DNA of 64,000 bases. Source: Felis catus. Lineage: Eukaryota. Positions 47,409-60,264 of this stretch are shown here, one piece after another; position 1 is the first letter of the stretch, and every line of letters starts with the position of its first letter. The stretch lies in NCBI RefSeq assembly GCF_018350175.1, contig NC_058383.1, positions 21,206,001 through 21,270,000 on the forward strand, in the 5' to 3' direction. A program made the position numbers and the translations under genes. Below the pieces are notes generated by a model. The model was not told the DNA's origin, made no database searches, and was given only the letters and a program-made list of their open reading frames with translations.

Positions 47409-50400
47409 ATAAGGGGAGAGAGAAATCAGCTGGATTTCCAAGTGCCAGTGTTGACATTTGACACACGAGGGATCACTTGGTGTCTTAATTTGGGTTCCCC
47501 CAAAAGCACGCTCTGAAGATTTGGGTGCCGTCAGTTGATTTGGGGTGTGATACCAGGAAGCAACAGTAGGGGGCGGCGGGAGTGAGGCAGGGAAGGGGTC
47601 ACCATCACTAAAGAGCTGTTCGGACTGTGACCCCTTGAGAAACAGAACTGTATCTCAGAATCGCCCCTCTGAAGGACACGAGGCAGGGGTCTCCGCTGAC
47701 TCCTGCCCCCCCCCCCCCGGAGCGTCACCTGGGGGTGTGCTAACCTCCCCGCCCCTCCAGGTTGTCCTTCAGAAAAGCACACTGAGGTATGGAAGTGCAG
47801 CTATGTAGTAGGCACTTGAGCCACAATGCCACCCGCATCCACGGGGACTGTCCTCCAACACCCAAGCTCAAATAGAGGTGGATCGTGGGCACGTGCGGTG
47901 CACACAACACATACACCCAGTCCTTACACCGGCCATCTTGTCTTGTCGCTGTCATGAAGGAAAAGCCTGAATTGACTCCAGTTCCCCCAGTTCTGATGAG
48001 GCCTTGCCTTTTCCAACATAGTAGTTCCTAAAGTGGCTGAGAAAAATCTCCGCTGACCCTGAGAAAAATGTGAAAATCTCCAACCAAGGCAAGAATCTTG
48101 GCTTTTTTTTTTTTTTAAAGCTCCTGGGAAAGTCTTCATGAGCCCCTCGGATGGATTTCTTCTCTTCCTAACCCAGGTCCTATGTCTGAGGGCACCAGGT
48201 GAGTTTCTGATGCCACAAATACATGACCCACACCTGCTGAAATCACCTATAACTACAAAATTAGGTTCTGGAACCCAGGTTAAAGGCCTCTGATGTCCAC
48301 CGTAATAAAGTCTTACAATTCCTGGAAACTCCTGCTTCTAAGAGCTGATGGTGGCCTTTAGGGGCCCCATCAGTAACGTGTCCTCAACTGCAAGTCCTCG
48401 TGTGGGATTTTTAAGACCTCCCGGCCAACCCTCCGTGTGTTCAAAATCCGGGTACATCCGCCATGCCTTTCCTCCCCATACGGATTCTAAGCAGTTTGAT
48501 GAAAAGATCCAGGGAGCCAGAGGAGCAAAAGCAGAATGGGTTTTACTTAAACAACTGGATGAGAGACATTCAACGGCTGCCCTTACAAATTCGCGCTTCG
48601 AGAATAGCAGGATCCAGATATACCCCCCAGGTACAGAAGAGCCTGCCTGGTGAAAGGGACGCCAACCCTTCTTATACCTGAGAGAAGATAGGTGCAAGGG
48701 AGGAAGGGGGAGGGGGCGCGGAGCAGAAAGGGAGGGAGGGAAAGAGTAAATGAGGCAGAAATGCAGGGAGGAAGACCCCAGACAGAGAGAGGGGGGAAGA
48801 ATGTAAGAGTGCCCACTGTTATGCCCAACGAGGAGATAAGCGAAGCCTTGCCCAAGGGCAGAAATCCCCTCCCCTCACTTACTAGAAAGCAGAAATGCTT
48901 ACACAACTACCTTCTCTGTGGGCCAAAGTGACGACTAAGGAAAATAAAAACGATGCCTACTTAAAACCTGTTGCTAGTTTCTTTTAGACCTTGAACCTAT
49001 CCTAACTGGGATGTCTCCTCCAGATGCTGAAGGGTATCACCAACTGTCATTGAAGGGTTTGTACCTAAAGCACCTATTTGTAGAGTTCTGAAATGCCAAT
49101 AATCCCAGGTGTGAGGTCCCCAGCAACCCGTCTCCCCACGCCACTCCTGCATTCGTTAGAAGATGATGAAGTTTCCTCTCTTGGAAAAACCTAGGCCCAC
49201 CTGGACATCTCCAGACATCGGGCCCCAACTCTGAGCACCAAAGACTGCCTCTAAGAAATCATTATTTACTGCAAGCCCGCTCGTGGGGGACATTTGTTAC
49301 GGCTGCTGAGACACTTGTATTCTCGGCACACTCTCGTGCCTTTGGGAACCTGACCACAAAATGAGTTGATTTTAACTGTGTCTTGCAAGGAATGCACCTA
49401 TTTTTAGCAATTATCTTTGGAGTCACTGAAATAAAAGCTTCTGAAAATTAATGATTCTCACCAAGGTGTTGGCTCCTTTGTATGCAGAGATGAGCTGCAT
49501 AAGATTAGAGAAAAGCCAGGCAGAGGATATGAAGGCAAGAGTGGCCTTCCCAAGAAGAGAAATACAGACAGGGTGGTGGTGCAGGATACAGGGAGAGAGC
49601 TCCGGACCGACGTGACGTCAGGAAATCAGAGTCCGATTCAGGAGTATGGTGTGAAGTCAGCCAATGGAAGAGGGAAGAAATTCTCAGGAGAGAGGAAGGA
49701 ATTTCAAGTAGGATAGGGAACTGCGTTAGAAAATAAGAGATGACTAAACAAAATAGCAGTGTAGGTCATGTTGGTCACTTCTAGGATGAAGCGGTGAAAA
49801 GCAGAAGCAGAATTATCTCCCCAGAACCGAGAAGGCTCCCTGTTTCCTTTAGAGCCTCCCAGAAGGCAGAGTGCCATCAGCTGGGGCCCCTGAGCCACCA
49901 CATGGAGCTGGGTGTCGCCAAGGTGCATGGCAGCGACACAAGTTTGTTGCATCCAGCAGCTGGAAGACGTGGAGGTTCTTGGTTATGGAGATGTCATCAT
50001 TTCTCCTGTTTCTAGCATGAATCCTCCCAAGAACTTTGAGAAAAACTGGGTTTTCTGTTGTACATGGCGTTGAGATTGGTGCCCGTTCCACACCACACTC
50101 GTCACTGCTCTCTGCTCAGCAGGGAGGGTAATAACCTCCCAGACTGAATTACCAGGTGTCCCTTACCTTCTGCCTCTTGGATGGAGGTAGCCAATGGGAG
50201 GTGACAGCACTCAGAGCAGGAGGGGAGAGGAGGTGGGGGATTTGTTCCTGGGCCCGTGGCTGGCCCCCTCCTACTTCTAGGGCTCCTTCAGGCTCTGCTA
50301 ACTCTTCTTCTCCCTCTCTGCCCTTCCCTCTTGGGCCTGAGGGGTGGTAACGGCTCCCCACTTCTGCTATTCCAGGGTGCTTCACCAACTGTCATGGCTC

Positions 50401-51114
50401 CTTCATCCTGCCCACACCTCTAGAAAGAGAGGATGCCATGTCTTTTCTCCTGGAACTCATGTTCACAAGGCTACCACTGATTTTATTTAAATTTCAAAAG
50501 GCGAGACAAACCCAGCATGCCCCAGGTCTTAGAGGCACCCTGGCAGTTGGCATAAGGGGTACAAATAATTATTTCAAAAAACTGTTCTGGGACATAGGAA
50601 ACATGGGGCACCTATGGATCTGAGTCTAAAAGCAAGCAAGCTTTTGTTTCAATGAGACACCCTGGCCCTTCACATCTGTCCATTTTCCACTTACTCTACT
50701 TTAAAGGAGCCAACTGTCCTCCTGCTGAATTGGGCCATAAATCAAGGCTACTGAGATACATTTGGAAACAAATCTCACAGATTTCATCCTTGCTTTAACA
50801 GAGGCTTTTCAGGATGGGTTGGAGGGAACGTGAGGTGACACTCAACTCCTGGGGACATTCTTTCTACTTTCCCCGGAAGTTCTCCCCCAGACTGATAGGG
50901 CAGGTGCCCCCCGGCCCCTCCCTCGCTGCCACCTGCCGGAGCCTCACTGCTGCACGCAGAATCTGAGAATCTCAGAGCTCCCTTTTCTTCCCTTACCTGG
51001 AAACCTCTCAGACACAGAGTCAGGCATCCACACCGGGAGCTGGTGGCACCCAGCAGGCAAAGCCAAATCCCTCTGGTTTGATAGAAGCATAAGTTTGATT
51101 TCAAATCCTATTTA

Positions 51115-51398
51115 AATTTTTGTTTTTAATAACTTTAACGTAGAGGGAGAAAGAGAGCATAAGCAGGGGAGGGGGCAGAGAGAGAATCTTTTTTTTTTAA
51201 TGTTAATTTATTTTTGAGACAGAACCAGAGAGCACATGTAAGCAGGGAGGGGAAGAGAGAGAGGGAGACAGAGAAACCCAAGCCAGCTCCACTCTGTCCA
51301 CACAGAGCCCGATGAGGACTTGAACTCGGGAACTGAGGTCACGACCTGGGCTGAAATCAAGAGTGGGTCCCTTAACCGACGGAGCCACCCAGGCGCCC
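51115..51398 (-). mobile_element. Can-SINE plus an adjacent SINE 3' fragment
   Basis: Two T-rich tails with (GA)n tracts and one full head ending GGCGCCCC. Confidence 0.85.
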
Positions 51399-52291
51399 CG
51401 TCACATCCTGCTTGAAGAGGTAGACGGGGAAGTGAGCACCTCATCGGTACCCAGTTAACCCAAGAACTGATGCGAAATGGGAAGCTGGTGCTAATGGGTG
51501 ACAATGAGATTTCTCGTAACACAAAGTGACTCCAGGGCACACGGTTCACATGCCATGTGAGTGATGGCACCCGGAGCTGGGCAAGGCGGGCACTTGTTCA
51601 TCCAGAGTCCAGAAGCCGGCTGGGCAAAGACGAATCCTTGCAGTTTTTCAGAAAACCATGGTGGCTGCCTCGGGGCCTCTCACAGACATTCCCCGGGTTG
51701 CTTTCAAGGCATGGTTCTGGGAGCCGGGCTTGGGATTCATGGGATTCTGCTGTAAAGCTGGACATTCTAACAGGAGCTGCTACAATTTCAGATGGGTCGT
51801 CAGGCCAGGACACTTCAGCGGAGTTTGCTCAATCCTGTGTCTCCTCCCAATGTGACCAGACAGAGGAAAAGAGTGAAAGTCATGATCCTTTCTGAGATGA
51901 GTAACTTCCTGATGGAATTTACAAATATACAACCTGACGTCTCTTTGGACCCAGGGTTCAGATTATTCACTGGCTTTTGAGCATCAAGGGATGGCAAAAC
52001 ATAATGTCTAAGAGCCCGAGTGCTCGGGTCACAATCATGCACCTACCACTCGCTGGGTGACCGCTTCACTTGGACAAACCCCTTCACTCCCATGCCTCAG
52101 TTTCTCTATGAAGTAGGGATAATATGAGTACCTTCTTCATAAGATGGCTGTATGCATTCAAAGACTTTGTAGGATTGGTGCCCAAAATAATGTGAAGGAC
52201 ATGGGAAGAGCCGTGTAAGCACTTTTTATTCTCATCTCTGTCTGGGTGGCCCGTAGGCCGCTCACACTCAAATGTTTAAAATGGAGCTCAT

Positions 52292-52550
52292 CGGGGCACT
52301 TGGGTGGCTCAGTCGGGTAAGCGTCCAACTCTGGCTCAGGTCATGATCTCACAGTTTGTGAGTTGGAGCCCCATGTTGGGCTCACTGTTGTCAGCGTGGA
52401 GCCTGCTTCAGATCCTCTGTTCCCCTCTCCCTCTGCCCTTGCCCTGCTCACGCGTGTGTGTTCTCTCTCTCAAAAAAAAATAAAATAAAATAAAATAAAA
52501 TAATAAAATGAAATGAAATAAAATAAAATAAAATAAAATATAATAAAATA
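52292..52550 (+). mobile_element. Can-SINE with an expanded (TAAAA)n tail
   Basis: TSD AATGGAGCTCATC on both sides. Confidence 0.94.
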
Positions 52551-53132
52551 CAATGGAGCTCATCAATTCATTTCCCTCTGAAACACAAAATTTCCGTTAG
52601 GCATACTGAGTTACTGATCTCGTAAATAACTTCACCATTTCCTCAGGGACCAAAACCCAGCCTCTTTCAGACTTCTCCCCTTCTCCCTCTACATACTATA
52701 ACTGATAACCAAGCACAGCTTTGAAACATCTCATATGTGTCCCTTCCTCTCTGTTACTCCTCTGCCATTGCCTCATTCAGACCCTGAGCTAGATCCCCTG
52801 AAACAACTTCAGGATTTATGGCCGCATTTTCGGCTTCATCCTGCATCCTCATCCCCAACACCTATCCCACCCTTTATGCCGCTGCCAAGATGACGTCCCT
52901 AAAACACAGACCCAGTGTGTGTGTCAGGCAGGCGACACTAGGCTATGTTACATAGCAAACTCCAGATCTCAGGGGTTTACCACAACGAAGGTTCCGTTTT
53001 CTTTACGGTACAACCCAACGTGAATGGGATGACTCTTCTCCAAGCTGCTTCCTTATTTGTAGCTATGCCATCCACACCTCATGACCTGGTGCTCTCGAAC
53101 TTTGATCTCAGGATCACTTCACAGTCCTAAAG

Positions 53133-55143
53133 AAATCTGCTTGTGTGGGTTATGACTAGCAAAGTTTACCATGTTAGAAATTAAAACAGAAAATGTTGAA
53201 AGCTTTCTCTATTTGGGGGGCGCCTGGGTGGCTCAGTTGGTTAAGCATCTGACTCTTGATCTGGCTCAGGTCACGATCTAATGGTCGAGCCCTGGGTCGG
53301 GCTCTGTGATGAGATTCTTTCTCTCCTTCTCCCTCTGCCCTTCCCCCCTACTCATGCACACATGCTCTCTCTCTTTCTCAAAATAAATAAACATTGTTTT
53401 TAAAACTAGTAAAACATGATAATAACTCCTTACATGGTAACATATATGAAGAATAAAATAATAAAATAAATAGGTAAATAGAATGTTTTGCTCCAAAACA
53501 AAAAATTCAGTGATGAGTGGTGTTGTGTTACATATTTTTGCAAATATTTTTAACATATGGCTTAAAAAATAAAACAGCTGGATTCTCCTATCTGCTTCTG
53601 CTTTCAACCTATTGCGATACGTTGTTTGTTTGAAGTTAGATGAAGAGTATATAGCCTTCACTGATGTGTGATTGAAAAGAGAACTGAGGGGTGCCTGGGT
53701 GGCTCAGTCGGTTAAGCGTCCGACTTCGGATCAGGTCATGATCTCGCGGTCCGTGGGTTTGAGCCCCACGTCGGGCTCTGTACTGACTGCTCAGAGCCTG
53801 GAGCCTGTTTCGGATTCTGTGTCTCACTCTCTCTCTGACCCTCCCCGTTCATGCTCTGTCTCTCTCTGTCTCAAAAATAAATAAACGTTAAAAAAAAAAA
53901 GAAAAGAGAATTGAAACAACATCGTAATAATGTTCTCAGATAATTGTGGATATTCTTTTTTGACACTATCCCAAAATTTGACAAGCGCTTATTTTCCTAA
54001 AGGTTATTTGCAATGTAGACTACGAGATCCTATCAATGAACTTTTCATGCTCTGCTACATTAAAATACATCAGTCGATTGTACAGTTTGATGGATCTTTT
54101 ACCTGCATGATTTTGCAACATCGTGCACGGATCGTTCGGAAAATACTCGTTCACTGACTTATGCAGATCTTCCGTATGTTGGAGCATTACATTACACATT
54201 TTTTAAAAATCACATCAGTTAATATCACCAATTTCATCAGAAGCGTCTCCAAGAATTGGAAAGCTGTCAGGCTCATGGTAGCAGATACAAATTTTTCAGA
54301 CTCTAATTTTCTCCTGGGAGATGTACTTTATTGGCTACAACAAATACTATCAGTTGCTTTCCTTAGAGTGATAGGCTCACTCCATTCATTCTCAAGAAAG
54401 TTTCAGCCAAACACCCAAATCCAAAGAACCATAGTTGGCCAGTCATTCTTTCAAGTAATCTGCATCATTAAAAATTACCATATTTTCCAAAACAAAAATT
54501 TAGTAAGATGAATGGCATCATTTTACACTTCGAAAAATCCATTTAATGTTGGGCCTGCAACTCAATTGCATTTTCTCAAGACAACCATCATATCTTGGTT
54601 TGCAGAACTGCTTAATGCATACATCCCCTTTGATCACACAAATTAATAATAAAAAGACGGGCGCCTGGGTGGCTCAGTCGGTTAAGTGTCTGACTTCAGC
54701 TCAGGTCACGATCTCAGTCTGTGGGTTTGAGCCCCGTGTTGCACTCTGTGCTGACAGCTCGGAGCCTGGAGCCTGCTTCGGATTCTGGGTCTCCCTCTCT
54801 CTCTCTGCTGCTCCCCCACTCACACTCTGTCTCTCAAAAATGAATAAACGTTAAAAAAATTTTAATTAAAAAAATAAATAAAAAGACTTGTAGTCAAGGC
54901 TCAGGATCTAACAGAATTAATAATTTTTACTATCACATCAGGACATTTATAACCGAAGGTGGCATTCTCCTTTTTAATGCAAGTGTGTAGCAATGAAGAA
55001 TAGAGTGACTATCGGTGTCATTTTGGTGCCATTGTCTTGATTCATGCTAAGTGCCAGTTTTATTAAGAAGTTGTTTTAGGTTTATTATGAGATAGTTTTT
55101 TTTAATTTTTTTAATGTTTATTTATTTTTGAGAGAGAGAGAGA

Positions 55144-55190
<47 letters not shown>

Positions 55191-55685
55191 GGGGAGAGGC
55201 AGACAGAGGAGGAGACACAGAATCCAAAGCAGGCTGCTGGCTCTGAGCTGTCAGCACAGAGCCCAACGTGGGGCTCAAACTCACCAACTGTGAGATCATG
55301 ACCTGAGCCGAAGTCAGATGCTTAGCAGACTGAGCCACCCAGGCGTCCCATTATGAAATAGTTTTGACTTCAGTTGGATTATGAAAATCGTTTTGTTTTT
55401 TAAAGTTTATTTACTTACTTTGAGAGAGAGAGAGAGTGCATGCACACATGCATGGGGGAGAGACAGAGAGGGTGAGAGAGGGTCCTAAGCAGGCCCTGCA
55501 CTGTCAGCACAGAGCCTAACGTGGGGCTCCAACCCACGAACCATGACCTGGGCCAAAAGCAGGAGTCGGATGCTTAACCGATGGAGCCACCCAGGTACCC
55601 CGAAAATAGTTTTGAACTTGCAGGTCCCCTTCAAGCGTTCCAGGGATTCCCTGGGATCAGTTTTCCACACTTTGAGAACCTACTG
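53133..55685 (-). mobile_element. hAT-Charlie1-type DNA transposon relic interrupted by five SINEs (~53215, 53688, 54658, 55096, 55395)
   Basis: CTGGATTCTCCTATCTGCTTCTGC... is Charlie1/MER33-like. Minus-strand KQTTYRNRLKAEADRRIQL resembles the hAT transposase C-terminus. The terminus CCACACTTTGAGAACCTACTG is at about 55665-55685. Confidence 0.75.
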
Positions 55686-55929
55686 GCCCACACTACTCTG
55701 ATTAATACAGCATTTTGCACCCCTGCTTACTAAGCCTCCCATCCCCCAGGGCAGGGCTACACAACACTGCTCCAGCTCAACTGGTACCAGTCTACAATCC
55801 ATCACAATATGTGGACATTGAGAGTGAGAACGTAGAAATGTTTATAGAAATTTTATGCCTGCGGAAACTGACAATAAAAGAATAAGGATTTTTTATGTCT
55901 ACGCTTTTTACTTCACTTTGTAAACACTT

Positions 55930-57193
55930 ACTATTTTTAAAGTTTATTTATTTATTTTGAGAGAGAGAGAGGAGGGGAGGGGCAGGGAGAAAGGGAGAGA
56001 GAGAATCCCAAGCAGGCTCCGTGCTGTGAGTACAGAGCCCGACTCGGAGCTCGATCCCACAACCCCAAGATCATGACCTGGGCCAAAATCAAGAGTTGGA
56101 CACTTCAGCAACTTAACCCAGGTGCCCTGGTATTATACTTTTAATTTCAGTGCGCACCTGTTCACTGCTGGTATACAAACACAATTTATTTTTTTATGTT
56201 TATTTTTAATCTTGGAACTTTGCTGATTCACTTATTAGTTCCAGGAGTTTTGTTTGTCTTATTGTAGGATTTCTTGGAAATTTCTATGTAGACTATCATT
56301 GTCACCTTCTTTTCCAACCTGTATGCCTTTTATTTCCTTTTCTTGCCATTGCACTAGCTAGAACTTTCAGCATTATGTTGGTTTGTAGTTTGATTCCATT
56401 GACATTGGAGAATACGCTTTGTATTATTTCAGCTCTTTTAAATTTGTTGAGGTTTGTTTTATGGCTGAGGATATGGTCTATCTTGGTGTATGTTCCATGG
56501 GCACTTGAAAAGAATATTGAAAAGAGTGTTCTGTAAGTGTTGATTAGGTCTCACTGACTGAGGTTACTGAGTTTTTCTATATCCTGGTTGATTTTCTTTC
56601 TAGTTTTCTATCAATTGTTAAGAGACAAATATTCAAGGTATCAACTGTCATTGTGAATTTGTCTATCGTTCCTTTCTTTTCAGTTTTTATGTCACATATT
56701 TTCCAGCCCTGTTGTTTAGTGCTTACACATTTAAGACCGTTAGGTCTTTTTGTGGATTAGTTCTTTTGTCATTATGTAATGACTTTCTCTGTATGTGGTA
56801 ATTTTCTTTGCTGGGAAGTTTTCTTTTTTCTTTTATATTTATTTATTTGTTTATTTTGAGAGAATGAGAGAGAGAGACAGCATGCGCAAATGGGGAGGGG
56901 CAGAGAGAGGGACAAAGAGAGAATTCCAAACAGGCTCCAGGCTATCAGCACAGAACCTGATGCAAGGCTTGATCTCATGAAACACAAGATCATAACCTGG
57001 GCCGAAATCAACAGTCAGTCACTTAACCAGCTGAGCCACCCCAGTGCCCTAGCTCTGAAGTTTTCTTTATCTAATAATGATACAGCCACTTCTGCTTTTC
57101 ATTGATTAATATTTGTATGATATGTCTTTTTCCATTCTTTTACTCCAGCCTCCCTATATTATTATTTGGGTTTTTAAAAGTTTATTTATTTAT

Positions 57194-57227
<34 letters not shown>

Positions 57228-60080
57228 TGGAGGGGTCAGAGAGAGGGAAAGAGAGAACCCCAAGCAGGCTCCACACTGCCAGCACAGACCCAATGCAGGG
57301 CTTGAACCCAGAAACCGTGGGATCATGACCCTCTGAGCCAAGATCAAGAGTCAGACACTCAATGAGCTGAACCACCAGGTGCCCTCTTATATTGTTATTT
57401 TGAAGTAAGGTTCTTATAGGCAGCATATAATTGAGTCATGTTTTTAAATCTACTCTGCCAATATCTTTCTTTTAGTTACTGTATTTAGATCGCTTACATT
57501 TAGTGTAATTATTGATATCTTAAGGCTAAGTCCCTTTTATTTGTTGCCTCCTGTTTGTTCTCTCAGTTTTTGTTTGTCAGTTTACTTCTTCCTGCCTTCC
57601 TGTGCGTTATTTGAGAATTTTAGAATTCCATTTTTACTTATACATAGTGTCCTTTAGTGTATATCTCTTTGTATAGCTTTTTAGTGGTTGTTCTTGGTGT
57701 TACAGTGCATATATATGCATATATGCATAACCTACTACAGTCTACTGGGGTCATAATTTTACCCGTTTAAGTGAAGTGTAGAAACCTTATTGACACTTTA
57801 TGTTTCTTTACCTAGCAACAAACAATTTATAATTGTTTTAAGTATTTCCGTTCCGTATGTTTTAGAGCCACATCTCGCAGTGTAATAATTTTTGCTTCAA
57901 CTGTAAACCATGATTTAGAAAACTCAAGAGGAGAAAGAAAGGGTATGTATTTCCCGTATTTTTTCTAACTGGGTTCTTTCTTCCTTCCTGGTATTCCAAG
58001 ATTTTATTATCATGTTTTTTTTCTGTTTAGAGAACTTCCTTTAGTCATTATTTTAGAACAGGTCTGTTCATTACAAATTCTTTTAGTTTTCCTTCATCCG
58101 AAATGTCTAATTTCTCCTTCATTTATCAAGGATATTTTCACTGGTATAGGATTCTGAGTCACTAGTTATTTTATTTCAGTACTTGAAAAATATTGCCGTA
58201 CATCTTTCTAACCTCCATGGTTTCTGACTAGAAATCTACTGCCATTTGAATCCTTTTTCCCCTATAGATAAGTTTTCATTTTTCTCTGGCTGCTTTCAGG
58301 ATTTTTTCTATGTTTTTAATTGTCAAAAGTTTAACCATGATATGTTTTGGTATAGATTTCTTCACTTTACCCTTTTGAGAGTTCATAAACCTTCTAGGTT
58401 TATGCCTTTTGCCAAATTGGGGAACTTTCAGCACATTATTTCTTCAAGTGCTTTTAAAAACTCCATCCTCGGGTGCCTGGGTGGCTTAGTCGGTTAAGCA
58501 TCCAACTTTGGCTCAGGTCATGATTTCGCAGTTCACGCGTTTGAGCCCTGCATCAGGTTCTCTGCTGTTCGCACAGAGCCCACTTTGGATCCTCTGTCCC
58601 CTCCTCTCTCTGCCCCTTCCCCATTCGTGCTCTGTCTCTTTCAAACATAAATAAACATTTTAAAAAATTAAAAAATAAAAAGTCTATCCTCTTTTTCCTC
58701 TCTTCCTGGGTCTTTGATGACATGGCTATTAGATCTTTTTTTATAGTTCTACAGATCCTTGAGGCTCTGTTCATATTTTTCAGTCTATTTTTATCTATGT
58801 AATTCTTATTGTTCTATCTTCCAGTTCAGTTATTCTTTTTCCTGTCCCCTCCATTCTGCTGGTAAACCATTCACTGAGCTTTTTAGTTCAGTTATTGTTT
58901 TGTAAAGTTCCATTATTTCCATTTGGTTCTCCTTTATGTCTTCTGTTCCTTTGCTAAGACTTTCCATTTTTTTACTTGCTTTAAGCCTTGTTTACCATTG
59001 CTCATTGAAGCATTTTATCATGGCCACTTCAAAGTCTTCGTCAGACAATTCCAACACCAACATCTCTGTCATTTCAATGTTGGTGTCTACTGATTGTCTT
59101 TTTCGTTCAGTTTGAGACTTTACTGGTTCCTGGTTTGATGAGTGATTCTCAACTGAAAGCTGAACATTTTCATATTATGTTATGAGACTTCAGATCTTAA
59201 TCAAACCTTTCACATTACGGATTTTTCTGATACCACACTGAAAGTAAAAGAGGGCATGCCACCTTATTCCTGCCAGACAGAGGTATAAGTGCAGGCTTCC
59301 CACTTGGTCTTTGTTAACATCCAAGTAGAGTTTTCCTCGTTACTGCAAAGGGTGGGAGTTCCTGTTCTTCATGGTCTCCATGGACATCTTGGTGGGAGTT
59401 GCCTGTACTTACCAAGTAATGGTGAAGTCAGGGTTCTGCCTGGGTCTCCTGTGGCATGCCCCAGAGGGGGAGGGGAGAGGCCTTCCATTATGCCCAGGTA
59501 AGGGTGAAAGTCCAGACTCTCCACATGGTCTCCGTTGATACTACAGGATAAGGATCGGGGAACTTGTTGGCATGGATGAAGTCCCAGCTTCCTCATCAGC
59601 GTTCTCTCACGCCGCCCACTGTGAGAGCTGGGGTACCCTGCTAGATTCTCGAAAAAGTGGAAGTCTAGGCTTCCCACTCAGCCTTTGCTGATGGGTTGGG
59701 AGTGGGGCCACAGTTTCTGTGGTGTTTGGCTACAGTAGAGCAGCAATTAAAGTTTTGTCTCCATTAGGTTGTTCTTTTCCTGGTGCTTTGGCTAGTGAGG
59801 TCAGGCTTTTATGGGGATGGTTTCTTTGTCTGCTCTGTTAGCATTCTGGGTGACTGGCTTCTTCAGCTCCAAGTCCAGAATAGGAGGCGAAGATGAAACC
59901 AAACGAGTTTACCAACGTTATCATTCCTTTGTCCCTAGCCTGTCTGCCTTCTTCTCTCCACCTTTCAGAGTCTTCTTATGTTCGTTTTATGTGCAGCGCC
60001 CAGGAGTTTTGGTTTGGCTCAGCAGGAAAAATAGGAAAAAGGATATCTACTCCATCTTCTCCAAAGCAGAAAATCCAAAA
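55930..60080 (-). mobile_element. Old L1M relic (ORF2/ORF1/5' region) with four nested SINEs (~55933, 56820, 57170, 58470)
   Basis: T-rich L1 antisense sequence (TTGAGGTTTGTTTTATGGCTGAGGATATGGTCTATCTTGG). An ORF1-like remnant lies around 58690-58800. Confidence 0.75.
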
Positions 60081-60231
60081 CTAGTTTTTAGGGGGGAAAA
60101 AGCTTGGAAAGAAAACATAGTCGCTCTTATCCTCTCTCTCCTTTCCTACCTTCTTTCCCACCGAGATTCTAAGTGTTAACAAGCTGGAGTGTCTCCTTCC
60201 ACTTTTCTCCACACTTATTTAAACAATTACA

Positions 60232-60264
60232 GACACACACACACACACACACAGACACACACAC
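60232..60264. repeat. (CA)n microsatellite
   Basis: Interrupted CA run. Confidence 0.9.

Noticed and set aside
54161..54511. 116-aa plus-strand ORF
   Set aside because: It lies antisense within the decayed Charlie transposase relic.
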